From: a bacterium
Lineage (GTDB): Bacteria; Patescibacteriota; Microgenomatia; Levybacterales; UBA12049
NCBI GenBank assembly: GCA_021777565.1
Contig: JAJYDJ010000001.1
Location: 88,431-152,430 of the forward strand
Direction: 5' to 3'
DNA: 64,000 nt
The notes under the pieces were generated by a model. That model saw only the letters and a program-made list of their open reading frames with translations. It was not told the origin of the DNA and ran no database searches. The position numbers and the translations under genes were made by a program. This document shows, in pieces, positions 55,089-64,000 of this stretch. Numbering within the stretch: position 1 is the stretch's first letter; every line of letters starts with the position of its first letter.

Positions 55089-56732
55089 ATGTCAAAAAAA
55101 TTTATTTATATTTCACTTTTCCTCATAGTTCTTTTTGGTGGATTTATCAGGTTTTATCATCTCGGGACGCTGCCCAGCGGATTTCATTTTGATGAGGCAT
55201 CACTGGGATACAATGCCTATAGTCTTTTACTGACTGGTAAAGATGAATACGGCGTGAAGTATCCATTGGTGTTGCAGTCTTTTGGAGATTATAAACCAGC
55301 TCTCTATGCCTATATGGATATTCCACTGGTCAAGATGTGGGGACTGACTATTTTTGCAACTCGTTTCCCATCAGCACTCTTTGGAACGTTAAGTATTCTC
55401 ATCATGTTCTTTCTGGCAAGACAGATTACTCAAAAGGATAAAGATGCACTGCTGGCAAGTTTGCTTCTGGCGATAACACCATGGCATATTTTTATCTCAC
55501 GCACTGCGACGGAAGCGACGGTCGCACTCTTTTTCTTAATGAGCATCTTTGCACTCGCTCTGTATATGCATGCGCAAAAAAACATAAAATACTGGGCGAT
55601 AGCACTGGTGGTTCTGTGTTCTGGCATTGCGATACTAACCTATGCAGGTGCACGCCTCTTTGTCCCGATGCTTCTTGTCCTGGCATTCTTTCTGCCAAGA
55701 GCAAAAAAAGCATTCTACATCTCACTGGTCTCTGCCTTTGTCATCGTCGTGCTGGGTATCCTTTGGTATAACAAAAGTGCTTCCATCACACGATTTGACC
55801 AGGTAAGTATTTTTACCAAAGAAGATACTCAGGCGGCCATGAGTCTGCAAATTCGAGAAGAGGGAAGTGTCTCTCCACTCATTACGCGTATCTTTCATAA
55901 CAAGTTAGTGAACTATACCCGTGTCTTCCTCTATGACTATGACCAGTATATGAGTTTGGATTTCCTTGCACTGCATGGGGGGTATCCACCACGTATTCAT
56001 ATCGCTGATCTGGGAGAATTTTATTTATGGGAGATACCGTTCCTGTTGATTGGTGTCTACATGGTCTTCAGACAGAAAAAAACAATCTGGTTTGTTATTC
56101 TGGCATGGTGGCTGATCCTTCTGGCACCCGCAGCCTCAACCTCTGACGCGATCCCGAATGTGTATCGTGCCAGTCCTGTCATCCCGGCAATCGTACTTCT
56201 GATTACCTATGGCATTTCGCAGTTTCGTCTAGGGAAATATAACAAACTTCTTTTTGCTGCGATCATTCTCGCAGGGATTTTTGAGTTCGGGTATGGTGTC
56301 AATCAATACAGTGTGCATGGAGAAGTACACCAGCCATGGTACCAGGGATATACCTATAAAGAGCTAGATAGTATCCTGCACACCTATGATGGCCAACCGT
56401 ATGCACACTATCTGATCACGAAATACAACTCGACACCCTACATCTATCTCTTGTTCTATGACAAATATAATCCTGCGCTCTATCAGAGTCAGGGATCACC
56501 TCGCGATCTGCTCAATTTCTCATCCTTTGGCAGATACATGTTCACTGAAGAGTCATGTCCATCAACACTCAGTACTGAGCAGCTCAAACATGGGGTGACG
56601 TCTACCAATACGGTTTTTGTGGATGCCGGAATTTGTGATGAGAGTGGGAACAACAGTGGCCTTACTAAGACAACAAGGCTGATTAGATGGCAGGATGGCT
56701 CCGAATCTTTCTACGTGGTAACCTACAAGTAA
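55089..56732 (+). CDS. GT-C (ArnT/PMT-like) glycosyltransferase
   Basis: RFY..PSGFHFDEA..GYNAYS..TGKDEYG, FGDYKP, RFPSA, PWHIFISR. Confidence 0.88.
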   Translation: MSKKFIYISLFLIVLFGGFIRFYHLGTLPSGFHFDEASLGYNAYSLLLTGKDEYGVKYPLVLQSFGDYKPALYAYMDIPLVKMWGLTIFATRFPSALFGTLSILIMFFLARQITQKDKDALLASLLLAITPWHIFISRTATEATVALFFLMSIFALALYMHAQKNIKYWAIALVVLCSGIAILTYAGARLFVPMLLVLAFFLPRAKKAFYISLVSAFVIVVLGILWYNKSASITRFDQVSIFTKEDTQAAMSLQIREEGSVSPLITRIFHNKLVNYTRVFLYDYDQYMSLDFLALHGGYPPRIHIADLGEFYLWEIPFLLIGVYMVFRQKKTIWFVILAWWLILLAPAASTSDAIPNVYRASPVIPAIVLLITYGISQFRLGKYNKLLFAAIILAGIFEFGYGVNQYSVHGEVHQPWYQGYTYKELDSILHTYDGQPYAHYLITKYNSTPYIYLLFYDKYNPALYQSQGSPRDLLNFSSFGRYMFTEESCPSTLSTEQLKHGVTSTNTVFVDAGICDESGNNSGLTKTTRLIRWQDGSESFYVVTYK

Positions 56733-56801
56733 CGACAGTAAAATTTTGTACTTCTTTGATCTCTTGCATAGATTTATTCTGATCTGATAGTTTGGTTGGA
56801 G

Positions 56802-57434
56802 ATGGGGAAAGTGAAAACTCACATACCACGTTTTATTGTTTTTGAAGGACCTGATGGGGTGGGTAAAACCTCACTTGCAGAGAAGCTTGTTGCATATCTG
56901 TCAAAAGAAGTAGGGGAGAATAAGCTCCTCTTTGATTGCTCCCCTGGGAAGACTCCTGGGACGATAGGAAAAGTTGTGTATGATATTCGGCACAATAGGT
57001 TGGATGTTGCTCCCAAAAAAGAGCAGTTGGCCCCTGAATCACTTCAGCTGTTACACGTTGCAGCTCACGTTGATAAAATTCTTTCTACTCTAAAACCACA
57101 TTTCAAAAAAGGAGGTTATGTAGTCCTAGACAGATTCTGGTGGAGTGCCTATGCGTATGGTCGTCTGGATGGGCTCAAGCCAACCCAGATGTTTCGTCTA
57201 TTACAACCAGAACTGATGACATGGGAAGGCACCCCGAGCCCACTGGTTTTTTATATCCATCGTAAGAAAAGTCTCAGCCCGGGGGAATATGATCAAGAGC
57301 AGCACTTCCATTTGTTACAGAGATACTACAAAGAACTTATTCGGCATGAGAGAAAAAGAAAAATAAAAATTATTGAGATTGAGAATGAGGATTTTGACAC
57401 AGCCTTTGCACAGATACTGAGAGCGCTTGAGTAG
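56802..57434 (+). CDS. tmk: Thymidylate kinase family protein
   Basis: FIVFEGPDGVGKTS, VLDRF..S.YAYG. Confidence 0.8.
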   Translation: MGKVKTHIPRFIVFEGPDGVGKTSLAEKLVAYLSKEVGENKLLFDCSPGKTPGTIGKVVYDIRHNRLDVAPKKEQLAPESLQLLHVAAHVDKILSTLKPHFKKGGYVVLDRFWWSAYAYGRLDGLKPTQMFRLLQPELMTWEGTPSPLVFYIHRKKSLSPGEYDQEQHFHLLQRYYKELIRHERKRKIKIIEIENEDFDTAFAQILRALE

Positions 57435-57476
57435 GGTATATTTGCGTTTCTTTTTGTAAGGTGTCATACTTTTTGT

Positions 57477-58244
57477 ATGGACCAATCAGCACCACAGCCA
57501 GCCACCCCAGAAGTCCCAGTCCCACCAACTCCCATGCCACAAGTGCCACAAATGCCACCAACGCCAGTAGTCATGCCATCTCCATCTGGTAGTAAAATGC
57601 CGTATATTCTTTTGGTAATTGTTCTTGTCCTCGTGTTTTCTGGAGTCTCGTACTATCTAGGGACAAAGACTGCCGGTTTACTGCCGATGGGGTATCAAAG
57701 ACCTACGGAACAGACCAAGATGGCGTATCCGACACAGCAAGTATTACCAAGTGCGACGCCTACTCCTGACCCAACTGCAAGCTGGCAAGTATTTACGAAT
57801 GCAAAATTTGGCTACACGATTAAATATCCAACTGGGTTGGTGCCAAATGAGCAAAATACCTATTACCACTATGTTGAATTCAAGGCACAAAATGCGACTG
57901 GGCAACTTCCTACGTATGTGGTGTCAGCAATCCCTGCTACCTTCACGGCGGCCAATCCTGCCGCATATAACTACATGTCCGCTGACTGGATCAGTAGTAT
58001 TAGTGCCGTTCCTGTGGGGCAAACAAAGACGATGGACCAGGCGGCGATGTTTACGCGTTTGCCAGATATGACGGTGGATGGCCAGAGCGCGGTCGCGATA
58101 GAAGTAGTAGCAACGGGATACAAGCAGCAGCGTGTGTACATAAAGGCAAATGGCAATATCTACATGATCTCAAATTACTTCCAGACTCCGGCAGAACTTA
58201 CTGACTTCCAGCTCTTCCTCTCAACCTTCAAGCTGACCCAATAA
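57477..58244 (+). CDS. Pro-rich membrane-anchored PsbP-like protein
   Basis: Pro-rich N-terminus, TM, WQVFTNAKFGYTIKYP, LSTFKL. Confidence 0.72.
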   Translation: MDQSAPQPATPEVPVPPTPMPQVPQMPPTPVVMPSPSGSKMPYILLVIVLVLVFSGVSYYLGTKTAGLLPMGYQRPTEQTKMAYPTQQVLPSATPTPDPTASWQVFTNAKFGYTIKYPTGLVPNEQNTYYHYVEFKAQNATGQLPTYVVSAIPATFTAANPAAYNYMSADWISSISAVPVGQTKTMDQAAMFTRLPDMTVDGQSAVAIEVVATGYKQQRVYIKANGNIYMISNYFQTPAELTDFQLFLSTFKLTQ

Positions 58245-58273
58245 GCCACCCAGTCCCGTGGTATACTTCTTAT

Positions 58274-58747
58274 ATGGAAGAAAAAGCAAGACGCATCATC
58301 TCTAAGAATCTTTTTATGACCCTTGCCTCTGTCTCTATGGATGGAGAGCCATGGAGTACACCAGTTTTCTATGCCACGGATAGTACTATGAAAAAATTCT
58401 TCTGGTACTCGAGGAAAGACACCGTGCATTCACAAAACATTAAGTCTAATACGAAAGTCACTGCATCACTATTTTCACTAGATGGTGAGGATGCTATGAC
58501 TGGCGTATATCTCAAAGGCTATGCTCATGAAGTTGAAGAGACAGAATTAGATGAAGCGATCGCTGCCTACATCGCAAAAGCTGCACAAACTGATGAAGAA
58601 AAAGAGTTGCTATCTCGTAAAGAAGACTTTCTTGGTGATGCGCCACTTCGCATGTATGTCATGGAAGTGGAGGAATGTTCCATTTCCGGTGAGGCTTCCA
58701 AGTGGAATGGGAAATGGATGGACACGAGAGAGAACGTAAACCTGTAA
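58274..58747 (+). CDS. Pyridoxamine 5'-phosphate oxidase-like (FMN split-barrel) protein
   Basis: MTLAS..DGEPWSTPVFY, HSQNI..N.KV. Confidence 0.85.
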   Translation: MEEKARRIISKNLFMTLASVSMDGEPWSTPVFYATDSTMKKFFWYSRKDTVHSQNIKSNTKVTASLFSLDGEDAMTGVYLKGYAHEVEETELDEAIAAYIAKAAQTDEEKELLSRKEDFLGDAPLRMYVMEVEECSISGEASKWNGKWMDTRENVNL

Positions 58748-58750
58748 TAT

Positions 58751-58773
58751 GCAATCTTAGTAGGATTGCTTTT
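58751..58773 (+). terminator. Putative intrinsic terminator
   Basis: GCAATCTT-AGT-AGGATTGC followed by TTTT. Confidence 0.5.
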
Positions 58774-58869
58774 CTGAGACATAAGATTTATCTTCTTCTG
58801 TAGGATCTACAAAGTCGTCATACAGACATATGGCAGCATTGAATCTATGTATAGATAGGAGGTGAAAGC

Positions 58870-59172
58870 ATGAAGAACAGAAATGAACTTGAGATTGCAG
58901 CGAGCGCGAACAATGCATTTGTAGCAATTGAGTCAGCAAAGGAAGAAACATCAAATGAAAGCGATGAGGATATACTATCTCGGCTTGAGAATCTAGTAAG
59001 GGGAATCATAAAAGGTGAGTACAAACTCGTTGAAGACCTTAGAAAGATAATCGAGTCAGAAGAAATGAATAGTATATTTTCTTTTGAGGTTACTGCAGGT
59101 GGATTGTCATTACCCTTAGAAAGATTTTTGCGAGACCTCATTGATGCAGTGAAGACCAAGGTGAGCGCATAA
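58870..59172 (+). CDS. Hypothetical acidic helical protein
   Basis: AGGAGGTGAA SD; 100-aa ORF. Confidence 0.65.
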   Translation: MKNRNELEIAASANNAFVAIESAKEETSNESDEDILSRLENLVRGIIKGEYKLVEDLRKIIESEEMNSIFSFEVTAGGLSLPLERFLRDLIDAVKTKVSA

Positions 59173-59173
59173 T

Positions 59174-59200
59174 CTGCTATAACCACCTCATGAATTTGTC
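59174..59200 (+). repeat. Relic duplicate of the ychF promoter and start
   Basis: 26/27 identity to 59688-59714. Confidence 0.85.
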
Positions 59201-59224
59201 AGTAGCTGAATACAGAAAGAAGAT

Positions 59225-59656
59225 TTAGTTCTGTGGGGTGGCGGGGGCTTCACTTAGATCCATGAAAAAGAGTTCCCATGCATGTCCATCAAGATCACTG
59301 AATGCCTTTCCATACATGAAGTCATCTTCTGGTCCTTTTTCATCTAGGTTAGTTCCGCCGGCTTCTAAGGCTTTTCTGTGAAGTTCATCAACTTTTTCTC
59401 TGGACTCACACGAAAGAGCAAACATCGCTTCCTTTTGTGCACGCGCATCAGCAATTTGTACTTCTGGGATAAAACTGTGAAAGAAATCTTCTGTTAGAAG
59501 CATGACAAAGATCCCATTTTTTTCATCCAGCATGAGAGCAGCGCCTTTATCGTTGGTAAATTGGGGATTAAACGCAAATCCTAATTTCTCCCAAAATATT
59601 TTTGAAGCTGGTAAATCTTTAACTGGAAGATTAATAAAAATTTGATGTCCCATCAT
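59225..59656 (-). CDS. VOC/glyoxalase family protein
   Basis: IFINLPVKDL..S..F..LGF.FNPQF, FMYG..F.DLDGH.WE. Confidence 0.9.
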   Translation of the reverse strand: MMGHQIFINLPVKDLPASKIFWEKLGFAFNPQFTNDKGAALMLDEKNGIFVMLLTEDFFHSFIPEVQIADARAQKEAMFALSCESREKVDELHRKALEAGGTNLDEKGPEDDFMYGKAFSDLDGHAWELFFMDLSEAPATPQN

Positions 59657-59703
59657 ACTCAGCATACCATACATCAAAAATAATTTCCTGCTATAATCAC
59701 CTC

Positions 59704-60801
59704 ATGAATTTGTCTGTTGGAATTGTCGGGTTACCAAATGTCGGGAAGTCGACGCTTTTTAATGCGCTTTTGAAAAAGCAGCAGGCGCTCGCTGCCAATT
59801 ATCCCTTTGCTACTATCGAGCCCAATGTGGGTATCGTCGCCGTGCCAGATGAGAGACTCGTGAAACTAGCTGAGATCACGAAAGATGAAGAAAAGATGGC
59901 AAGTCTACCACCACTTAAGCCTGCTACCGTGGAGTTTGTCGACATCGCAGGTCTGGTCAAGGGTGCATCAGAGGGAGCAGGGCTTGGTAATAAATTTCTC
60001 TCCCACATAAGAGAGGTGAGTGTGATCGCACATGTCGTCCGGGCATTTGAAGACGCCAATATCATAAAAGAAGGTGCAGTCGACCCCAAAAGTGATTATG
60101 AAACTATCGTCACTGAGCTCATCCTTGCAGACTTGCAGACGGTGAATAAAGTGCTTGAGAATCGCAAAATGGAGCCACAAAGAAAGTCTGGTGCAGAAAA
60201 ACTTTTAGCAGTTCTCAATGAAGGCAAACCAGCCCGTTACGCAGTACTCACTGATGAAGAGCGCGAGATGGTAAAAGATTTGTTTCTTCTCTCATCAAAA
60301 CCTGAAGTTATTGTCCTCAATGTCTCAGAAGAACAATACACACCAGAAGGTATCGAGAAAGCGATCGAGGAGTATGTCAAGAACACGGGGCATGATCGTG
60401 AGTCACTGGTCGTCATCTGTGCGAAGATAGAGTCGGATCTGGCGGGATTATCAGATACTGAGCAAAAAGAATATCTGGAGAGTATGGGACTTGAAAAATC
60501 GGGTCTTGAAAGGCTTATTCAGAAAGCATATGACAATCTTGGACTGATGAGTTTTCTCACCTGTGGAGAGAAAGAAGTACGTGCCTGGACTATCAAAAAA
60601 GGTCTGTCTGCACCTCTGGCGGCAGGGGAGATCCACACTGACTTTATCAAGAAGTTTATTAAGGCAGAAGTCGTGAGCTATAGTGACTTTGTAGAGAACA
60701 ATGGATGGAAAGGCAGTCGTGAAAAAGGGAAAGCACGGATTGAAGGAAAAGAATACATCATGCATGATGGTGATGTTGTCGAATTTAAGATAGGAAGTTA
60801 A
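59704..60801 (+). CDS. ychF: Redox-regulated ATPase YchF
   Basis: GIVGLPNVGKSTLFN, NYPFATIEPN, DIAGLVKGAS, IHTDF, DGDVVEF. Confidence 0.97.
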   Translation: MNLSVGIVGLPNVGKSTLFNALLKKQQALAANYPFATIEPNVGIVAVPDERLVKLAEITKDEEKMASLPPLKPATVEFVDIAGLVKGASEGAGLGNKFLSHIREVSVIAHVVRAFEDANIIKEGAVDPKSDYETIVTELILADLQTVNKVLENRKMEPQRKSGAEKLLAVLNEGKPARYAVLTDEEREMVKDLFLLSSKPEVIVLNVSEEQYTPEGIEKAIEEYVKNTGHDRESLVVICAKIESDLAGLSDTEQKEYLESMGLEKSGLERLIQKAYDNLGLMSFLTCGEKEVRAWTIKKGLSAPLAAGEIHTDFIKKFIKAEVVSYSDFVENNGWKGSREKGKARIEGKEYIMHDGDVVEFKIGS

Positions 60802-61457
60802 TGTACATTGCGGATGCCACTTGACCCCAAGATTCCTAGATCCCGGTAAAAAAAGTAGAGATAATTTCCTTGATGCACAGGGACATCACTAAAAGAGGAG
60901 ATGTCTGGGAATGCTTCTAGTGTCGGATATCGATATTTACGTTTTACTGTGGGGACTTGTGCGTACTCTTTGACTTCTCTCCAACTAACAGGAAGTGCAA
61001 CAAGTGAACATTCTTTCTTGATGTGTCTGATCTGTATCACTCCGATTGATTTTAGTCCTAGGAGCCGTGCTAGCCAAATACGATGTAAGCCATCCAGCAC
61101 AATTGATACCTCTTTTTTTTGCTCGACATCATAGTAGGTCTCAACAATTGGGGGAGTCATCGTAAAGGATTGACCTGCAAAGTCATATCTAATGCTACTT
61201 CGCAAGTCAAAAATGTTAAGTGAGAAATCTTGAAAAAGTGGAGAGAGTTTTTTTTGTACAGTTAGTTGCTCGGCGAGTACATAGAGGGCAATCGGTTGCA
61301 GAGTAGTAATGGCGGCATGTTTTGGTTCAATAATTGCATCTTCATACGGCTTGATGTGTGTGTCACCCATGAGCCGCACATTGCGCAGCATATGTTCTAC
61401 TTCATGAAAGCTGTGTAAGGACGTAATACGTAATGCTGAATTATTGTCATTCTCCAT
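60798..61457 (-). CDS. ParB/Srx-like fold hypothetical protein
   Basis: PPIVE...VLDGLHRIWLAR. Confidence 0.6.
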   Translation of the reverse strand: MENDNNSALRITSLHSFHEVEHMLRNVRLMGDTHIKPYEDAIIEPKHAAITTLQPIALYVLAEQLTVQKKLSPLFQDFSLNIFDLRSSIRYDFAGQSFTMTPPIVETYYDVEQKKEVSIVLDGLHRIWLARLLGLKSIGVIQIRHIKKECSLVALPVSWREVKEYAQVPTVKRKYRYPTLEAFPDISSFSDVPVHQGNYLYFFYRDLGILGSSGIRNVH

Positions 61458-61549
61458 ATCCCAGAGAGCACAGAAGGCTCTGTGGGTCTTTATAGAGGTT
61501 TTTTAGTTGAAGAGCTTGATCGTTCCTGACTGTTCTTAACAAACACGCA

Positions 61550-62614
61550 CTATGCCTGGAGAAGATATCCTTTGCCTTTGGCAACTTTAATAGTTGCACT
61601 TGGTTCTAGCTTAACTAACTTTTTCTTCATACGATACATCAATTGGCTGATGGCCCATTCTGAATACTTAATCTCCCAATCATCTTCTCCCCAAATTGCT
61701 TTTGCGATATCGTTTTTGGAGACAATTTTACCTGTCTGTTGGCACAGTAAATCGTAGACTCTCTCTTCAAGGAACGAAAAGTCTCTCTTATTTGCATGGA
61801 TCATACGATACATGTCACTTAGAAGAGGATTAAAAAATTTGTCTCCTTGGAGGAGGCCGATCTGGCGCAGCTGTGTCTTCTCAGTGTTGGTAAGTTGTCC
61901 GTGTACAACCTTATCAATAATCTCTGCGGGGAAATCTTTTAAAATGGAAGAAAGCTTATATACCATTGAAGGTTGTGCCAGGAGGAATGTTGAGGTGAAA
62001 CGGGCATCTGGATTCTCCAAACGCAGGAGCGTAAGTGCTTTGACCAACCCTGCATGACCACAACTAAGTTCAAAAATTTCTTTCTTCTCGTCTTCACTCA
62101 AGTTGCTTTTAATCTTATTTGTATGTTCCGCAATGATTTGTTTTGCGTCGTTGTAATTTACTAAATGAAGCATTGTAAGATATTGCATAAGGGCTTTGGA
62201 TGTTACATTGAAGGCACTGTATACTTCTTTTGTTCCAGAGAAAAGGTAAAATATGAATCCTTCCTGATGCTTATAACGTAAGTTATCTAGTGCATCCACA
62301 AGCCAGGATGCATCTTCTGTCAGAAAAATGTTGATACAAGCAATCACAGGCGTATCTTGCTTCTGGAGGATAGCGATGAACTCTCTCAGTTCTTCTACAG
62401 AGATGGTGTTACAGACGAAGAGTTCGTATTCCTTAGGACGATTGCTCTCAAGATACTGCACGACCGCAGTAAACAAATGATCTTTCCCAACGCCAGCCAT
62501 ACCTATAAACGTGGCTGGTTCATGGAGAAGTACCTTTTGCTTAACATTCTTAAGCAGCTTTTTGTCGCGATCCACAATGGCTCCTGGAAGGCGTGGGATT
62601 GCATATGGTGGCAT
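61550..62614 (-). CDS. STAND/AAA-like NTPase with OmpR-type winged helix (paralog of 39362-40663)
   Basis: GMAGVGKD, SCGHAGL; E..V..LL....GKIVSK..I...IW..SEWAI..LMYR.KKKL..KGKGY. Confidence 0.8.
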   Translation of the reverse strand: MPPYAIPRLPGAIVDRDKKLLKNVKQKVLLHEPATFIGMAGVGKDHLFTAVVQYLESNRPKEYELFVCNTISVEELREFIAILQKQDTPVIACINIFLTEDASWLVDALDNLRYKHQEGFIFYLFSGTKEVYSAFNVTSKALMQYLTMLHLVNYNDAKQIIAEHTNKIKSNLSEDEKKEIFELSCGHAGLVKALTLLRLENPDARFTSTFLLAQPSMVYKLSSILKDFPAEIIDKVVHGQLTNTEKTQLRQIGLLQGDKFFNPLLSDMYRMIHANKRDFSFLEERVYDLLCQQTGKIVSKNDIAKAIWGEDDWEIKYSEWAISQLMYRMKKKLVKLEPSATIKVAKGKGYLLQA

Positions 62615-62724
62615 GGGGGTATTCTACCAGATTATAAGTCTATTTTCATGTGTGCCAGAGAAAGAATAAAAACTGCTGTAGTTTGATGTCTTTTCTGTTG
62701 GAAGAATCTTGGTATACTTTTTTT

Positions 62725-63312
62725 ATGGTTCTTTCAGATCGTGATATTAAAAAATCTATTGAAGCAAAAGAACTCATCATCAGATCAGAATCTCCTCTCG
62801 CATTCCAACCTTCCTCTCTGGATGTTCATCTGTCTCCACATATCCTTACTTTTGTCAGAAGGCGATTTAAAGACGCAGTTCTTGATCTAAAAAAGCCAGT
62901 AGAAGATTATATGGAAGAGGAAGTAATTGAAGAGCATAAAGGAACCATTATTTATCCTCATGAGTTTATTCTTGGTGTGACAGAGGAATGGTTCCACCTA
63001 CCAAATTCTTTGCTTGCCAATGTGGAGGGGAAGAGCAGTTTGGGACGTTTGGGCTTGGTCATTCATGCGACGGCAGGATTTGTTGATCCAGGATTTTCCG
63101 GACATATTACGTTGGAGATTACCAATCTTACCAATTTACCGATGATTATTTATGCCCATATGCCTATCGGACAAGTACGGTTCTCTCCACTCAGTTCACC
63201 TGCAGAGCACGTGTATGGAGAGAAAATGTTGGGGAGTAAAACATACAAAAATGAATACAGTCCTAAGCCAAAACCGATCGCGAGCCAATACTGGAAAAAT
63301 TTAGCAAAGTAA
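62725..63312 (+). CDS. dcd: dCTP deaminase
   Basis: MVLSDRDI, QPSSLDV, EGKSSLGRLGL..HATAGFVDPGFSG.ITLE. Confidence 0.95.
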   Translation: MVLSDRDIKKSIEAKELIIRSESPLAFQPSSLDVHLSPHILTFVRRRFKDAVLDLKKPVEDYMEEEVIEEHKGTIIYPHEFILGVTEEWFHLPNSLLANVEGKSSLGRLGLVIHATAGFVDPGFSGHITLEITNLTNLPMIIYAHMPIGQVRFSPLSSPAEHVYGEKMLGSKTYKNEYSPKPKPIASQYWKNLAK

Positions 63313-63313
63313 T

Positions 63314-63745
63314 ATGAAGATAAAACGTATTGATACTACTCTTCCTCTCCCGGGGTATCAGACGCCTGGGGCAGTAGGGTTTGATCTGTATGTCAGAGAA
63401 ACTATTATTGTGCCGCCTCACGAGTTAAAACTTATTCCAGTAAACAATATCATTGAAGTTCCCAAAGGGTGCGTACTGCTTCTTTTTTCACGTAGTTCAA
63501 CACCCATCAAGAAGGGTCTTATGATGGCCAATGGTGTAGGAGTGATTGATCAAGATTTTTGTGGAGACGCTGATGAGCTCCAAATTGAGGCATTTAATTT
63601 TACAGACAAGGAAGTCATGGTTGAAAGAGGGGAACGCATTGCTCAAGGCATGATTGTAAGAGTAGTACAAGAGGTCTTTGAAGAAGTTGATCATATGTCA
63701 GAGCCATCCCGCGGTGGCTTTGGCACAACGGGAGGAGAATCATGA
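63314..63745 (+). CDS. dut: dUTPase (trimeric)
   Basis: GAVGFDL, RSS, GVIDQDFCG, ERIAQ, RGGFGTTG. Confidence 0.93.
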   Translation: MKIKRIDTTLPLPGYQTPGAVGFDLYVRETIIVPPHELKLIPVNNIIEVPKGCVLLLFSRSSTPIKKGLMMANGVGVIDQDFCGDADELQIEAFNFTDKEVMVERGERIAQGMIVRVVQEVFEEVDHMSEPSRGGFGTTGGES

Positions 63746-64000
63746 GCGACTCACTCATCTCAGAACAAGTGAAGCAGTATTACGACAACGCGTATCTCCC
63801 TGAGCATTTTACCCAGGAGGAGGAACGTTTTCTTAGGCCGTTCTTTACTAACCTTGACAAGCCTGTTTTCGTCATTAAAAATCTCCCATCAGAAGTAAAG
63901 GGGGCAGTGGCATCCCGTTATAGCCGAGCAACAGCAAGCCTGAGAAGATTATTCCTGAATGAGTATCTCAATCCTATTATTTATCCAGATATGCAGAAAG
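63742..64000 (+). CDS. thyX: FAD-dependent thymidylate synthase, N-terminal part (runs off window)
   Basis: ATGA overlap with dut; FFTNLDKPVF..NLP.EVKGA..SRYSR..SLRRLFL.E. Confidence 0.75.
   Translation, partial: MSDSLISEQVKQYYDNAYLPEHFTQEEERFLRPFFTNLDKPVFVIKNLPSEVKGAVASRYSRATASLRRLFLNEYLNPIIYPDMQK

Noticed and set aside
57480-57590. CCA-rich short repeats
   Set aside because: Pro-rich coding sequence
1-64000. CRISPR array, rRNA, IS transposase, genetic code 25
   Set aside because: No regularly spaced repeats, rRNA signatures or transposase motifs seen; conserved genes read through in code 11 and several (e.g. dprA, dut, def) end in TGA

Overview
Bacterial chromosome segment (genetic code 11). 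Gene content and style suggest Patescibacteria/CPR, possibly Microgenomates (inference): compact, largely leaderless genes, many orphans, a fermenter-type repertoire. 1-9.6 kb is a patchwork of small accessory genes (idi, maf, SDR, DUF2156, metal-handling genes, orphans). 9.66-20.97 kb is a visibly AT-richer island at the 3' end of tRNA-Trp(CCA). It resolves into (i) a ~175-bp tRNA-3'-end repeat with hairpins and a terminator, (ii) a ~4.05-kb recombinase-less cassette (NUDIX, UbiA, glycosyltransferase, nucleotidyltransferase, UppS), and (iii) a ~7.0-kb element (two HEPN-like genes, a two-gene CBASS, a terminase-small-like gene, a replication-like module, a large serine recombinase). All junctions share the core GCAGGGG. 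That core lies inside the recombinase reading frame, so integration or excision would swap the recombinase C-terminal tail. Next come rpmG, tRNA-Thr/Tyr/Thr with non-canonical T-loops, a 6S-like structured RNA candidate and core genes (rpmB, fmt, def, mreB, mrdA, dprA, topA). A glycan block follows (two GT4, two GT-C/PMT-like enzymes, a four-module GH130 protein, an NTPase-wHTH regulator), then a P3A-type H+-ATPase, tmk, ychF and a dcd-dut-thyX operon that runs off the window. No CRISPR array or rRNA was seen. All family assignments come from motif recognition, not database searches.
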